DNA of 64,000 nt from the IMG/VR virus record IMGVR_UViG_3300042934_000594, positions 1 through 64,000 of that record, one strand, 5' to 3'. Made by a program: the position numbers and the translations under genes. Below the pieces are notes generated by a model. It was not told where the DNA came from and made no database searches. It saw nothing but the letters and a program-made list of their open reading frames with translations. This document shows, one piece after another, positions 1 to 9,226 of this stretch (positions within the stretch are counted from its first letter, which is position 1; each line of letters starts with the position of its first letter).

Positions 1-104
1 TACCTACGTGGGGTTACTCACGCAGTTGGGGTTATGGGCCAGGTGGAATCGTCGGCACCCTCCTAATCATCGTCATTGTCTTGGCGTTGATGGGACGGTT
101 GTAG
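1..104 (+). CDS. DUF3309-like small membrane protein, 3' end (partial)
   Basis: Frame starting at nt 3 reads PTWGYSRSWGYGPGGIVGTLLIIVIVLALMGRL*, matching the DUF3309 C-terminal pattern; not in the ORF track. Confidence 0.75.
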   Translation, partial: PTWGYSRSWGYGPGGIVGTLLIIVIVLALMGRL

Positions 105-173
105 CACCACCGCCCTTCCCTTCGGGGAAGGGTGTTATTTCCTGTACCTCTGAAGAAGATGAGAAACTTACCT

Positions 174-794
174 ATGTCGAATGTCATCGACCTCTTTGCT
201 AAGCGCAGTGATGCAGAACAGCGCGGTATCCGTCAACGCCAGAAATTGAAACACTTTCTGAACGTACTGTCCGAACCTGATCGTTTGTTAGGAGGCCTCT
301 TTAAAGATGCCATCACCGAAACGGCCAGTCGACTCCATCAAAGTTGGATGGACTGTTTGGCCTTTGGTTACCAAGTCCGTCAGGATGGGGGACAGTCGGC
401 TATCTATTTCATCGGGCGCAGTATGCTGCACCGCAACTTCACTGGGGAGAAGAACCACCCGCCCGAACTCTTTCAAGTGCGCTTCATGGCGCGGCCAGTG
501 GATGTCGCCGAGCAAGGCAGTTACCCGATGCTGGGCCTGGCTGAACGGATGGACCGTTGGATCACTCGTAACCACATCCAGGAAACGCGACTGATCTACC
601 CTGCGGTGTGGCTGTTGGGTGCGTTGCAAAGTCCGGCGGAGAACTTCCTGATCAAAGAAATCCGTGACCACAACAACATCTTCGAGGTGCACTTAGGCTC
701 CTACAACGGATTGTGTCGCGTGCGAATCTACGCAGACGCCTTACTCTCTGATCAAAAGACCTTGTTGGACCTTAATCTAATCCCCGGAGCTTAA
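174..794 (+). CDS. hypothetical protein
   Basis: Long ORF, ATG at 174 (MSNVIDLF) after purine-rich RBS; no recognised motif. Confidence 0.75.
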   Translation: MSNVIDLFAKRSDAEQRGIRQRQKLKHFLNVLSEPDRLLGGLFKDAITETASRLHQSWMDCLAFGYQVRQDGGQSAIYFIGRSMLHRNFTGEKNHPPELFQVRFMARPVDVAEQGSYPMLGLAERMDRWITRNHIQETRLIYPAVWLLGALQSPAENFLIKEIRDHNNIFEVHLGSYNGLCRVRIYADALLSDQKTLLDLNLIPGA

Positions 795-795
795 C

Positions 796-1080
796 ATGCT
801 ACAGCTGCTCATCGCCATTGCACTCGGCACCCTGGCCGTCACACTACTGGTCGCCTATGGGTACTATCATCGGGAAAAACAGTGTCTGCCCGGTGAAGAT
901 TATGATGGTGATACGCGCAACACCCTGCTGGGTATCATGGTGGTCATGCACCACAGACCCAAGAGTTACCTACGTCACTTCTTGCGCAACTTTGAGAAGT
1001 ACATGCTGCTCTGGTTCTCGCTGACCCTGTGCTCTCTCATCGCCGCGTTCATGTGGTTTATCGGTTTTAATCGTCACTGA
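796..1080 (+). CDS. hypothetical membrane protein
   Basis: Two hydrophobic segments; abuts upstream stop. Confidence 0.7.
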   Translation: MLQLLIAIALGTLAVTLLVAYGYYHREKQCLPGEDYDGDTRNTLLGIMVVMHHRPKSYLRHFLRNFEKYMLLWFSLTLCSLIAAFMWFIGFNRH

Positions 1081-1084
1081 ACAC

Positions 1085-1110
1085 ACGGGGTCCTGTCGGG
1101 CCCCGTTTAT
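1085..1110 (+). terminator. hairpin, putative terminator
   Basis: acggggtcc-tgtc-gggccccgt followed by TTTAT, right after stop. Confidence 0.55.
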
Positions 1111-1134
1111 ACCGCCTCAGGCTAAGGAGCCATT

Positions 1135-1374
1135 ATGAGCTTTATACTCTACACCGCTATGACCATCACCAACGTGCATGACAAGCACAGTGCCACCAGC
1201 CAGGCCTTTCAAAGCTTCCCCACCGAGCAGGGCTGCAAGGACATGCGTGACACCATCGTCACGGGTGGCCGGATCATTGATCAGGGTAATAAGCGCATCG
1301 CCATCGAAAAGACTGTCGACGGTTACACCATCATCACCCGTACAGGCATATGCCAGTCCGACGGTGCGCCGTAG
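1135..1374 (+). CDS. hypothetical protein
   Basis: AAGGAG RBS, ATG, 79 aa. Confidence 0.7.
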   Translation: MSFILYTAMTITNVHDKHSATSQAFQSFPTEQGCKDMRDTIVTGGRIIDQGNKRIAIEKTVDGYTIITRTGICQSDGAP

Positions 1375-1395
1375 CTTTTACCCAAGTTGCCAATA

Positions 1396-1419
1396 GAGTG
1401 GGTCCTTCGGGACCCATTC
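1396..1419 (+). terminator. UUCG hairpin, putative terminator
   Basis: gagtgggtcc-ttcg-ggacccattc. Confidence 0.6.
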
Positions 1420-1456
1420 ATGGACTTCTTTATTTTTGGTTATTGCAGTTAGTTTA

Positions 1457-1469
1457 AGACCTACATTAC
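1457..1469 (+). promoter_or_regulatory. candidate phage early promoter (AGACCTACATTAC)
   Basis: Intergenic, after a terminator; resembles phiKZ early TATATTAC element; related motifs at 11654, 18722, 40305, 55589. Confidence 0.45.
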
Positions 1470-1483
1470 TACGGTGAGTCTTT

Positions 1484-1600
1484 ATGGAAATGAAAACTGT
1501 ACTGTTAGGGCTACTGACCCTAGTCGTGCTGGTAGCGGTAGGTACCGCAGTCGTCGTGGTATTACACGATCCCCCGGTTCCCCCACAATTCAGTCCCCTG
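1484..1600 (+). CDS. small single-pass membrane peptide (38 aa)
   Basis: MEMKTVLLGLLTLVVLVAVGTAVVVVLHDPPVPHNSVP*; below ORF-track cutoff; follows candidate promoter. Confidence 0.5.
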
Positions 1601-1627
1601 AAACCCTAATACTCCTTTGGAGGTGTC

Positions 1628-2095
1628 ATGTTTAGCGCCAATCGTAAGGCCGAAATGTTCGCAGGCCTGCTTATGGATTACCTCAGCCAGCACCGTTTCG
1701 ACGGTGCCGCTTTTGACGTCCAGCTCAATCGTGAGGTGGGCGACCCTAACCACGTCCTGCTCGAAGTGCTGATCGTGGAGTTCAGCGACCTGGAAGGCGA
1801 TCGCAAGCCGGTGAACCTGCGCGCAAGCATCACCCATGACTTGGTGGGTCATACCCCGACTGCCATACCCTTCATCAGCAACCTTCCCGACAAGCTCAAT
1901 TACTCAGCGCGAGCCTGCAATGCGTTGATCGAGTGTGTTCGGCTGTGCGTAGCAGCGCACCTGAACATCTGCGTGCAAGACATCACTGAAGACGGGTGGG
2001 TCGTGCGCATGTGGGGCACGTTGGGTATTCGCGACTACTACGTTGACCTGGTGCTGGCTGAACCCAAACCTACCACCGCGGTGGAACCGGTATGA
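1628..2095 (+). CDS. hypothetical protein
   Basis: GGAGG RBS; operon packing. Confidence 0.75.
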   Translation: MFSANRKAEMFAGLLMDYLSQHRFDGAAFDVQLNREVGDPNHVLLEVLIVEFSDLEGDRKPVNLRASITHDLVGHTPTAIPFISNLPDKLNYSARACNALIECVRLCVAAHLNICVQDITEDGWVVRMWGTLGIRDYYVDLVLAEPKPTTAVEPV

Positions 2096-2571
2096 AGAAC
2101 CCGTTCGCACACTACTTTGGCATCGGGCATCGTCAGGAACTGATCCACGTCCATCAGGGCGGTGACGTCCCTACCGCAGGGGAAGTCCTGCTCTGTCAAC
2201 ACCCGGGGATTACCCATGGGGTGCTGGTGTTGATGTCCTGGACCGGTGAGCGCGACCCTGTGGCGATCCCCAAGATGCTGGCGTCAGGCTACACCCTGTT
2301 TCATGAGGAAGTCACCTTCAACCCGGCCAAGGCCGAGGCGGAGTTTCGTGAAGCCAGTCGTGACCCTGACTTCGTCATTATTGGGGAGACCATCGCTACC
2401 CAGCTGAAGCGTCAGCTCAAAGACTATCCAGAATCGGAACACTACGGTGCGACCCCCGTGCAATACGATGTCACCGATGAGACCCTGATCAAACTGGGTA
2501 TGGGCGCGCCTAAGCACCACACCCACCTCAACCGCAATGGCATCCCCCGTCGAAAAGGAAAAAGCTGGTGA
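2092..2571 (+). CDS. hypothetical protein
   Basis: ATGA overlap with upstream gene; basic C-terminal tail. Confidence 0.75.
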   Translation: MKNPFAHYFGIGHRQELIHVHQGGDVPTAGEVLLCQHPGITHGVLVLMSWTGERDPVAIPKMLASGYTLFHEEVTFNPAKAEAEFREASRDPDFVIIGETIATQLKRQLKDYPESEHYGATPVQYDVTDETLIKLGMGAPKHHTHLNRNGIPRRKGKSW

Positions 2572-3020
2572 ATAACGGCAATCAGATCGCGCATCATTTC
2601 GTGCGAAACGAAACCATGTCCACCATCGGGTTACTCAAGACCCTGTGCCTGGAATCCGGTAAACCCCTGCTGGAAAAACTCATGGCTGGCATGATCGCCT
2701 CCAAGTACCACGAGGGGCGAGTCAACGGTCACGATCAACAATTGATCTTGGAATTGGCTTGGAGTAAGGCTGAGCAGTCTTCAGCCCGGGTGGAGTTTCA
2801 CCCGGCAGAACGCTTGACCCGCTACCTTGAGCGCTTTACCGCGTTGGCGAAAGCACCCGTATTCAAAGACAAAGAGCACCGTAAGGCGTTCAGCAAGTTG
2901 TTGGAGGATTCTGACTACGTCTGCTGGTACGCTGAAAACGAGAACACCGAGTCGGTGCTGCTTTACCCTAAAGACGTTACCGTACAACCCACCACCATCC
3001 TGCTGATATCGTTTAAATAA
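2568..3020 (+). CDS. hypothetical protein
   Basis: GTGA overlap with upstream gene. Confidence 0.7.
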   Translation: MNNGNQIAHHFVRNETMSTIGLLKTLCLESGKPLLEKLMAGMIASKYHEGRVNGHDQQLILELAWSKAEQSSARVEFHPAERLTRYLERFTALAKAPVFKDKEHRKAFSKLLEDSDYVCWYAENENTESVLLYPKDVTVQPTTILLISFK

Positions 3021-3043
3021 CTGACCGTTTTACGGAGTTCAGT

Positions 3044-3592
3044 ATGAAAGATCCCATCGTTCCGCCAAACGAGTATGGCAAATCGTTCGTCCTTGAGAAA
3101 AGTAACCTCCCGTTGTTTGCGGGAGTACGACGCATGTTGAACCTGATGGAAAGTCGCATCGGTCACCGCACCGAGGTGATGGACCTGGTTATCGAACGCC
3201 ATACCCGCCAAGACCGGGACGTCTTCTATAAGCTGCATGCAGGGTTAGGAGGCACGCAAGAGTACCGCGTGGTGGTGTCCAACAACTTGCCTGATGAGAT
3301 CATCCTCAACTGGCAGCCGTACTTGTTTGACGTGCAAGTGAAAGTGGTGGCCTCACCGCTGGATCCTGAGCAGACGCCCACAGGGACCCAAGAGATCGCC
3401 AAGTACAACCTGAAGTTGTGCCAGCTTCAGTGCATCGCCGTGTTAATCAAAGACATTGCTCGCCAGCATGGCTTTACGTTCGTCTACGACGCCAAATGCG
3501 TCAGGGCCTTTACCTTAACGCCTCACCCACTGGAGATGACCCTTCAGTTTGAGGGGTCAGGCTTCTATTTACACACCGATCTGTGGAAGTAA
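3044..3592 (+). CDS. hypothetical protein
   Basis: GGAG RBS; operon packing. Confidence 0.75.
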   Translation: MKDPIVPPNEYGKSFVLEKSNLPLFAGVRRMLNLMESRIGHRTEVMDLVIERHTRQDRDVFYKLHAGLGGTQEYRVVVSNNLPDEIILNWQPYLFDVQVKVVASPLDPEQTPTGTQEIAKYNLKLCQLQCIAVLIKDIARQHGFTFVYDAKCVRAFTLTPHPLEMTLQFEGSGFYLHTDLWK

Positions 3593-3596
3593 GTCC

Positions 3597-4235
3597 ATGA
3601 CAGTTATCGTGTTTGACGGCCGTTACCTGGCTGCCGATTCAATGAGCACCTACGTGAGAGACGGTAAGCCTCTCCAGCACCACTGCAAAACGTGCAAGAC
3701 CGAAACCCCACGTGCTGAGACGGATGCCCAGAAGATCTTTCTGGCCCCTGAAGGCACGTTCTTCGGTGACCGTGAAGTCATGGTCATGGCCACCGCTGGG
3801 GCAGGTCCTTTGGCCTGCGGGATGAAAACCCTGTTGGTGGCAGGCGACATGATGCCTAGGCTGGGTATGATCCATGAGTTCTGGAAAGCGGGGCGTTTCC
3901 CCCACGACTCCTCAATGCTGCTGGTCTGTAAAGACAACTACGTCTTTAAGATCAACTTCAACAACAAGGAACTCAAGATTCAAGGCACGGACCGGGAATG
4001 GCCGTTGCTGTTGGGTTCAGGGGCAGAGGCTGCGCACATGGCACTGACCCTAACTGGGTGTAAGGCCTATGAGGCCGTGGCCCACAGCTATAAGGTCTCC
4101 CCACATGTAGGGGGTCCGATCAAATACGTGGACGTCCAAGCCAAGGGCGATCTTGTGATTCAAGAATACACCATACCCGACGCGGAGCAGAAACCATGTC
4201 CAACCAGACCCAAGAAACCGGGGAAATCACGATAA
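3597..4235 (+). CDS. proteasome-beta/HslV-like Ntn-hydrolase (putative Thr peptidase)
   Basis: M-T1 start (MTVIVFDGRYLAADS), LGSG motif, SPHVGGP motif; CxxC insert. Confidence 0.65.
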   Translation: MTVIVFDGRYLAADSMSTYVRDGKPLQHHCKTCKTETPRAETDAQKIFLAPEGTFFGDREVMVMATAGAGPLACGMKTLLVAGDMMPRLGMIHEFWKAGRFPHDSSMLLVCKDNYVFKINFNNKELKIQGTDREWPLLLGSGAEAAHMALTLTGCKAYEAVAHSYKVSPHVGGPIKYVDVQAKGDLVIQEYTIPDAEQKPCPTRPKKPGKSR

Positions 4236-4825
4236 GTGGTGTCTCACCTGAATGTGCCGTACTGATTCAAGAACTGGTCCGCCGAGCACTGCGGGTCAAT
4301 GACTTCATCGGCTGTGAGGTGCACTACCACCCGCCGGTGATTGACTCGGATGCAGAGACCGCACCTGCACGCAATCACAGTGGCCTGGATGAGACCTACT
4401 TGGACCTCACCAACGCTGTGGCTGAAATGTTGCAGGACCCTAAAGTGCTGCGGCTCTTTGATCACCGCTGGTCAGGGAAGTACCACTACATGTGGCCAGG
4501 TCAAACGTGGGAGACTGCCCCACTGGGATCCCTACTGCGTAATCGCCTGCTGAGGTTACGCGAGTTTTTGTCCAGCACGTCCCACAATGGAAAACTCGAC
4601 GCCATGTCCCGTCGCCTGCTGGCCCTGGGGGTGGATGCTAAAGTCTACTTGGGTATCGAGAAACCCATCTACACGGTGGATCTGGGTCAACTGCCTAAGA
4701 TCACCCCCACCGCCGTCCCTTACAGCGAACACATCGCCCGACCGGATTTCGTGGACGCCCAGGGCAATGTTACGCACTGGTTGTCCATTGAGATCAATGC
4801 CAAAAGTGGCGTGATGGTGTTCTAA
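4196..4825 (+). CDS. hypothetical protein
   Basis: 209-aa ORF in operon. Confidence 0.7.
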   Translation: MSNQTQETGEITISGVSPECAVLIQELVRRALRVNDFIGCEVHYHPPVIDSDAETAPARNHSGLDETYLDLTNAVAEMLQDPKVLRLFDHRWSGKYHYMWPGQTWETAPLGSLLRNRLLRLREFLSSTSHNGKLDAMSRRLLALGVDAKVYLGIEKPIYTVDLGQLPKITPTAVPYSEHIARPDFVDAQGNVTHWLSIEINAKSGVMVF

Positions 4826-4835
4826 GGAGACCTTC

Positions 4836-5084
4836 ATGAACTACGTACTGCTGTTAACCGTGTTGTTTTGTGTGGGCTTTCGAATCCGACGCATCTACGA
4901 CGAGGCCCAGTCTTATCGCCTGGCCTGGGGCATCAGTTGGAAAACCTCACTGCGTTACCACGTCGAATGGGATCGGCATATTGCCCGCACCATTGGTACG
5001 GCGGTAGCGATCATCGTCATTTATGCCCTGGTGTGGGGGACGGTCAACTACGGTTGCCTGTTCCTCAAGGGTGTGGCCTGCTGA
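4836..5084 (+). CDS. hypothetical membrane protein
   Basis: AAGGAG RBS; two hydrophobic segments. Confidence 0.7.
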   Translation: MNYVLLLTVLFCVGFRIRRIYDEAQSYRLAWGISWKTSLRYHVEWDRHIARTIGTAVAIIVIYALVWGTVNYGCLFLKGVAC

Positions 5085-5133
5085 AAAACACTGGCTTGTC
5101 AAAGCTATGTAACTCATCCCAAGGAATATCCCC

Positions 5134-5982
5134 ATGTCTAACTCGTTCAATGACGTGCTCAGCGTTGCTGACAGCATCTCCATCGCCCTGGATCCACGCA
5201 ACACGCATGGCTCGTATCGCGCCAGTATTACCTGCGGTGCTAGCACGCTGTCCACGCGCTATGCCCCTGAAAAGGGTGAAGGTGTACTGGCGGCGTTCGT
5301 CAAGACGCTGAACCTGTCGATGTCCGACATCGATCAGCACGCAGACGGTGCCCCCGGCGAGTTCGCAGAACGTCTGCAACAGGTGCGTATCTTTGAGATC
5401 GACACCAGCAAGGAATTCCAGTTCCCGAACCTGCCGTTCGACGGCACCGACAGCGAAACCCTGTTCAAGAACGCACGCAGCGTAAACTGGGCGTGGAATC
5501 AGCTGATCGTTGACGAGAAGCCGGTGACCGAGCTGACCTGTTCGGTGTCGTTGGGTGCTGTGACGGAAAGCGTGTCGATCACCCCTGAAGGTCCGCGCAT
5601 GGCCAACATGGTGTCCACCCTGGTGACCTGCCTGAACAACCTGCTCAAGCGTATCACCCTGGTCAAAGGTGAAATCCGTCCCAAGCTCAACAGCGGCGGC
5701 GTGATGACCACCAGCGAAGAACTGTTGAATCAGGCGTTGAGCATTGACTACAGCTTCGTCGAACAGCGCGACCGCAGTTTCGCGGTGATGTGCTCCGTCG
5801 ACCTGCTGTTCTGGGGCCGTGGTCGCAGTGTGGCCGTGGTGGGTAATCGTACTGAAGCGATGGCTGAAGCATTGGAAGAGTGCCTGGTGGCACTGTCCTT
5901 TGACTTTGCAGAAGCCGCGGCCGGTACCGAGATGGCCATCTCTGAAATCCTCAAGACGCGCAAGGCTGCCGAGGAGGCGTAA
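5134..5982 (+). CDS. hypothetical protein with three internal alpha-beta-beta-beta-alpha repeats
   Basis: Repeats such as SETLFKNARSVNW / SEELLNQALSIDY and TCSVSL / MCSVDL; strongly C-ending codons. Confidence 0.75.
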   Translation: MSNSFNDVLSVADSISIALDPRNTHGSYRASITCGASTLSTRYAPEKGEGVLAAFVKTLNLSMSDIDQHADGAPGEFAERLQQVRIFEIDTSKEFQFPNLPFDGTDSETLFKNARSVNWAWNQLIVDEKPVTELTCSVSLGAVTESVSITPEGPRMANMVSTLVTCLNNLLKRITLVKGEIRPKLNSGGVMTTSEELLNQALSIDYSFVEQRDRSFAVMCSVDLLFWGRGRSVAVVGNRTEAMAEALEECLVALSFDFAEAAAGTEMAISEILKTRKAAEEA

Positions 5983-6224
5983 TGAGCGAGCCGACCAAGG
6001 CTAACATCGGGGCGTCAATGCCCCCTGTTAAAGACACCACCACCAAGGTCATGCAGATTGACCCAGACGATGTCAACCCTGCACAAACGGCTGAGCGGGC
6101 ACACGCCGAGGGCTTTGCGGTGCGTGACACCAACGGCGAACTGGTGGACGAAGAAAACTTCCGTCACCTCAAGCCCAACTTCGTACCGGTACATATCGAC
6201 TTGATTGAACCTAAGGACAGCTAA
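5982..6224 (+). CDS. hypothetical protein
   Basis: TAATG overlap, GGAGG RBS. Confidence 0.7.
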   Translation: MSEPTKANIGASMPPVKDTTTKVMQIDPDDVNPAQTAERAHAEGFAVRDTNGELVDEENFRHLKPNFVPVHIDLIEPKDS

Positions 6225-6225
6225 C

Positions 6226-6564
6226 GTGGGATACGAGGTTGATGCAAAGTGTGCCTCGTGGTCCCTCACCGAACACGGCCGCGGTAAACGCGCGGTCGTG
6301 GTACGGACAGGGTGTTACGTGGTGGAACACATCTCAACGGGTAAGTTCATTGTGGCGTGCAGTAAGAATGTCACCGAAGAGGTCGACCTCACCATTCACC
6401 ACCTGTTGCAAGGTACGAGCAAGAATAAGGCGTTCAACCGGTTGGTTGCCACTGAGCCTGACTTGCGTCTGCTGGAGTACGCAACCCGTACGCTGGTCGA
6501 TGCCCGTAAGCTTGAAGCGGCGATTCGAAAGACGGTGACGCCTCGGTATTTACTCCTCAACTGA
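6226..6564 (+). CDS. degenerate GIY-YIG-like protein
   Basis: TGCYVVEHISTGKFIVACSKNV resembles the GIY...YIGSSxN hairpin; GTG start after AAGGA. Confidence 0.5.
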   Translation: MGYEVDAKCASWSLTEHGRGKRAVVVRTGCYVVEHISTGKFIVACSKNVTEEVDLTIHHLLQGTSKNKAFNRLVATEPDLRLLEYATRTLVDARKLEAAIRKTVTPRYLLLN

Positions 6565-6633
6565 GAAACTACTGGTGCAGGTAATACTGTGCTAGTAGTC
6601 CGCTAGTGTTTGTCCCACTACAGGAGCCCCAGC

Positions 6634-6855
6634 ATGAACGATAGTCCGCGTGGGCTGATAGGCGATAAGGGTGACGAAGGAGCCAGGGGTCCTATCATCC
6701 CTCCCGAGGAATGGGCAGCGATTATGTCAGACGTTGCCAAGGAGCGACCGCCGGCACCCCGTAGCCGGTTGAGCTACCAGATCCCTTTTGCGATCAGCGC
6801 GTTGATTCTATTGTTCACGGTGGTGCTCCATTACTTTCCAATAAGGAATTTGTGA
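6634..6855 (+). CDS. hypothetical protein, C-terminal TM helix
   Basis: AGGAG RBS; hydrophobic C-terminus. Confidence 0.65.
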   Translation: MNDSPRGLIGDKGDEGARGPIIPPEEWAAIMSDVAKERPPAPRSRLSYQIPFAISALILLFTVVLHYFPIRNL

Positions 6856-7163
6856 TGTCTGAAGTAGAAAAGTCTCAAGCCGCCGCCGCTGCCTTCCTGA
6901 GCGCAGTCAAAGTCCGCCGTGACGCAATCGTCAACAGCGACACCACCGTCTACGAAAAGCTTGAATCGGCCGACGGTAGCCCAAGCTTTGCGACCGCACT
7001 GGTAGACGCCGGCGTGATGGCTGTGCTGGAAGTGATCGACGGTAAAGACGGTGGCCCAGGCTACATGGCCGCGATCCGTCCAGTTGAAGGCGACGACATG
7101 AACTACGAGCCGATCGATCTGGGTAGCCAGTTGGCTGAAAGCTGGCTCGAAATCAACAGCTGA
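6855..7163 (+). CDS. hypothetical acidic protein
   Basis: TGATG overlap; C-ending codon bias. Confidence 0.7.
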   Translation: MSEVEKSQAAAAAFLSAVKVRRDAIVNSDTTVYEKLESADGSPSFATALVDAGVMAVLEVIDGKDGGPGYMAAIRPVEGDDMNYEPIDLGSQLAESWLEINS

Positions 7164-7170
7164 TCCTCCA

Positions 7171-7200
7171 GGGGCGTCCTTCGGGGCGTCCCGCTATGCC
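7171..7200 (+). terminator. UUCG hairpin, putative terminator
   Basis: ggggcgtcc-ttcg-gggcgtccc then gctatgcc. Confidence 0.55.
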
Positions 7201-7237
7201 CTTTATTCTGCAATGTCCTTTTTATCACGAGGTTTTC

Positions 7238-7531
7238 ATGGCACGTCCCAACGAAGTGCAGATCACCCTGGACCCAAAAAACCCGATGTATCCCGCAGGC
7301 CAACTGGTCCTCAAGGTGCCTCAAAAGGACTACCCGGACACCTCTGAGGTGTACCGTGTGCTGCGTCCCTTTCGTGTGGACCCTGAGGACACTGTGATCG
7401 GGGCGCGGATGATCAAGGAATTGATCGATCACCACTGGCTTGAGAAGCTGACTTTACCCGTCTGGACCACCCACCGCTACGACAGCAACTGGGCACAGAC
7501 CGTCATTCACGAAGACATACAGGAAGCCTAA
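7238..7531 (+). CDS. hypothetical protein
   Basis: GAGG RBS before ATG 7238. Confidence 0.7.
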   Translation: MARPNEVQITLDPKNPMYPAGQLVLKVPQKDYPDTSEVYRVLRPFRVDPEDTVIGARMIKELIDHHWLEKLTLPVWTTHRYDSNWAQTVIHEDIQEA

Positions 7532-8044
7532 ATGCGCAACCTTGAGAAATACTCCGACCGTGCTGCGTTCATGAAGACCTTCTACGAATGGTTCTGCGCG
7601 GAAGGTAAGTTCCGTGCGGATGAGCGCGAGTCCGTTGAACGGGCACTCGCCTACCAGGCCATCTTCTACCGCAAGCACGTCGGTGGGATGGCCGTAATGC
7701 TGGAAGAGTACTTCCCGCGCTCGGTGGCTTCCTACGAACTGATCTTGTTGCTGGATGAGTTCGAGCTGCACATCGCTGAACTGGCGGGTTACGAGTTTGA
7801 TGCTGCCCTCGAATCGGCTACTAAGATCAACGACCTGATGGGCCTGATCTACAAGAAGCGCTCGATCGTCTGGACCCCCAAAGACTGGGTTGTGGCAGCC
7901 TGGGTCACTGAGATGCTCGTGGAGCGTATGACGGTGGAGTTGATCCTGGACGAGAGCTTTGACCTCAACAGCTTCATCCGCCTGTTGCGCACCGAGGCCA
8001 ACGCGGCGTGGTTGGAACGTCATGGTGACGCCCATGACGCCTAA
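7532..8044 (+). CDS. hypothetical protein
   Basis: Abuts upstream stop. Confidence 0.75.
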   Translation: MRNLEKYSDRAAFMKTFYEWFCAEGKFRADERESVERALAYQAIFYRKHVGGMAVMLEEYFPRSVASYELILLLDEFELHIAELAGYEFDAALESATKINDLMGLIYKKRSIVWTPKDWVVAAWVTEMLVERMTVELILDESFDLNSFIRLLRTEANAAWLERHGDAHDA

Positions 8045-8477
8045 AGCCCATTGCGTGGCAGGGCGCTACTGCATCCTACCCGGTCTGTACATCGAGGTGT
8101 CTACTCGGGGTACCGTGGGCACCCACGCAGGCTTTGTGCAGTTCTACCTGCGTGATGCGATGGACCGGCACGAGTGGCCAGCCACCAACACCATCTGGCT
8201 GAAGGTCGAGAACCTGTTGACTGAGCCTGAAACGGCGAATCTGCTCAACTGGCCTGAGGTCGTTAAGGCCTGGGTGGCGCTGTACCTGGCCGAGCTGCCA
8301 GCGTACGCCCGGGTGGACAACGTCTACCTCAACAAAAACCTGTTCCCTGCTGATTACGCGCCAGGGCATAAAACGGTTCATGGCGAACCGTTTGTGGACT
8401 TTGAAGGCAGTCGCAAATGGGGTGCGCTGGAGTGTCAGTACCCTGAATCCCCTTTCCCTGATGAGGACGTCACATGA
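8034..8477 (+). CDS. hypothetical protein
   Basis: Overlaps upstream stop; start uncertain (8022 or 8034). Confidence 0.65.
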   Translation: MTPKAHCVAGRYCILPGLYIEVSTRGTVGTHAGFVQFYLRDAMDRHEWPATNTIWLKVENLLTEPETANLLNWPEVVKAWVALYLAELPAYARVDNVYLNKNLFPADYAPGHKTVHGEPFVDFEGSRKWGALECQYPESPFPDEDVT

Positions 8478-9226
8478 AAGCTGCTGTCAAACTATTTCTG
8501 GACACCGAGTTCAACGGCACCAACGGTTGCCTGATTTCGGCGGCCCTGGTCTCAGCCGAAGGCCATGAGTGGTACGAGGTACTGGACACCGGTGACACCG
8601 AGCTGGTGCCTTGGGTGGTGGAGAATGTCATCCCGAACTTGGGGAAACCTGCGATCAGCATGGAGGCGTTCGAACAATCGCTCAGTAATTTCCTGAGTCA
8701 GTTCGGCTACGTGGAGTTCATCTACAACGCACACGCTGATAAGCGCTACCTGGATGCAATGCTGGATGGCCTTCAACGGCTGCCTATGCACCGTTTGTCC
8801 CGAGACGGTAAGTTGCATGCCCACCATGCGTTAATCCCTCACAACGCCCTCTCAGACGCCCGTGCTATCGTTTCCTACGTGGCCGGGGACGATCAAGTGA
8901 AGCATTTCGGTGTGACCGAGCGGGAAATGTTCATGGGTCTGTGGCGGGCAGGGTATCCGTTTGACCGGCGTGACGTATTGGTGGCCTGGGATACGGCCGA
9001 GGGCTTTGGCATCAAGGGTGCTATCGCCACCCTAGCACCCACGCACAATCACAAGACCCTGTCTGGCAGTATCCAGGTGATGATGCCTGAGAAGTTGCAG
9101 AACAGTGGGTACAGTGGCGGTGAAACCCCCAAGTGGGCGCACATGGTTGTGCTGTACCTACCGCGGGTAGCCGCAGCCCTCAATGTGATGGACATCGCCC
9201 AACATTCCCAGCGACTGGCGCGATGA
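8474..9226 (+). CDS. DEDDh 3'-5' exonuclease (Rv2179c/DUF5051-like) with extra C-terminal domain
   Basis: LFLDTEF (ExoI), ADKRYL (ExoII), HNALSDAR (ExoIII). Confidence 0.75.
   Translation: MKAAVKLFLDTEFNGTNGCLISAALVSAEGHEWYEVLDTGDTELVPWVVENVIPNLGKPAISMEAFEQSLSNFLSQFGYVEFIYNAHADKRYLDAMLDGLQRLPMHRLSRDGKLHAHHALIPHNALSDARAIVSYVAGDDQVKHFGVTEREMFMGLWRAGYPFDRRDVLVAWDTAEGFGIKGAIATLAPTHNHKTLSGSIQVMMPEKLQNSGYSGGETPKWAHMVVLYLPRVAAALNVMDIAQHSQRLAR

Noticed and set aside
6568-6599. 13-bp hairpin actactggtgcag/ctgtgctagtagt
   Set aside because: Real inverted repeat but no U-tail, family resemblance or other support; possibly a processing site, too weak to call
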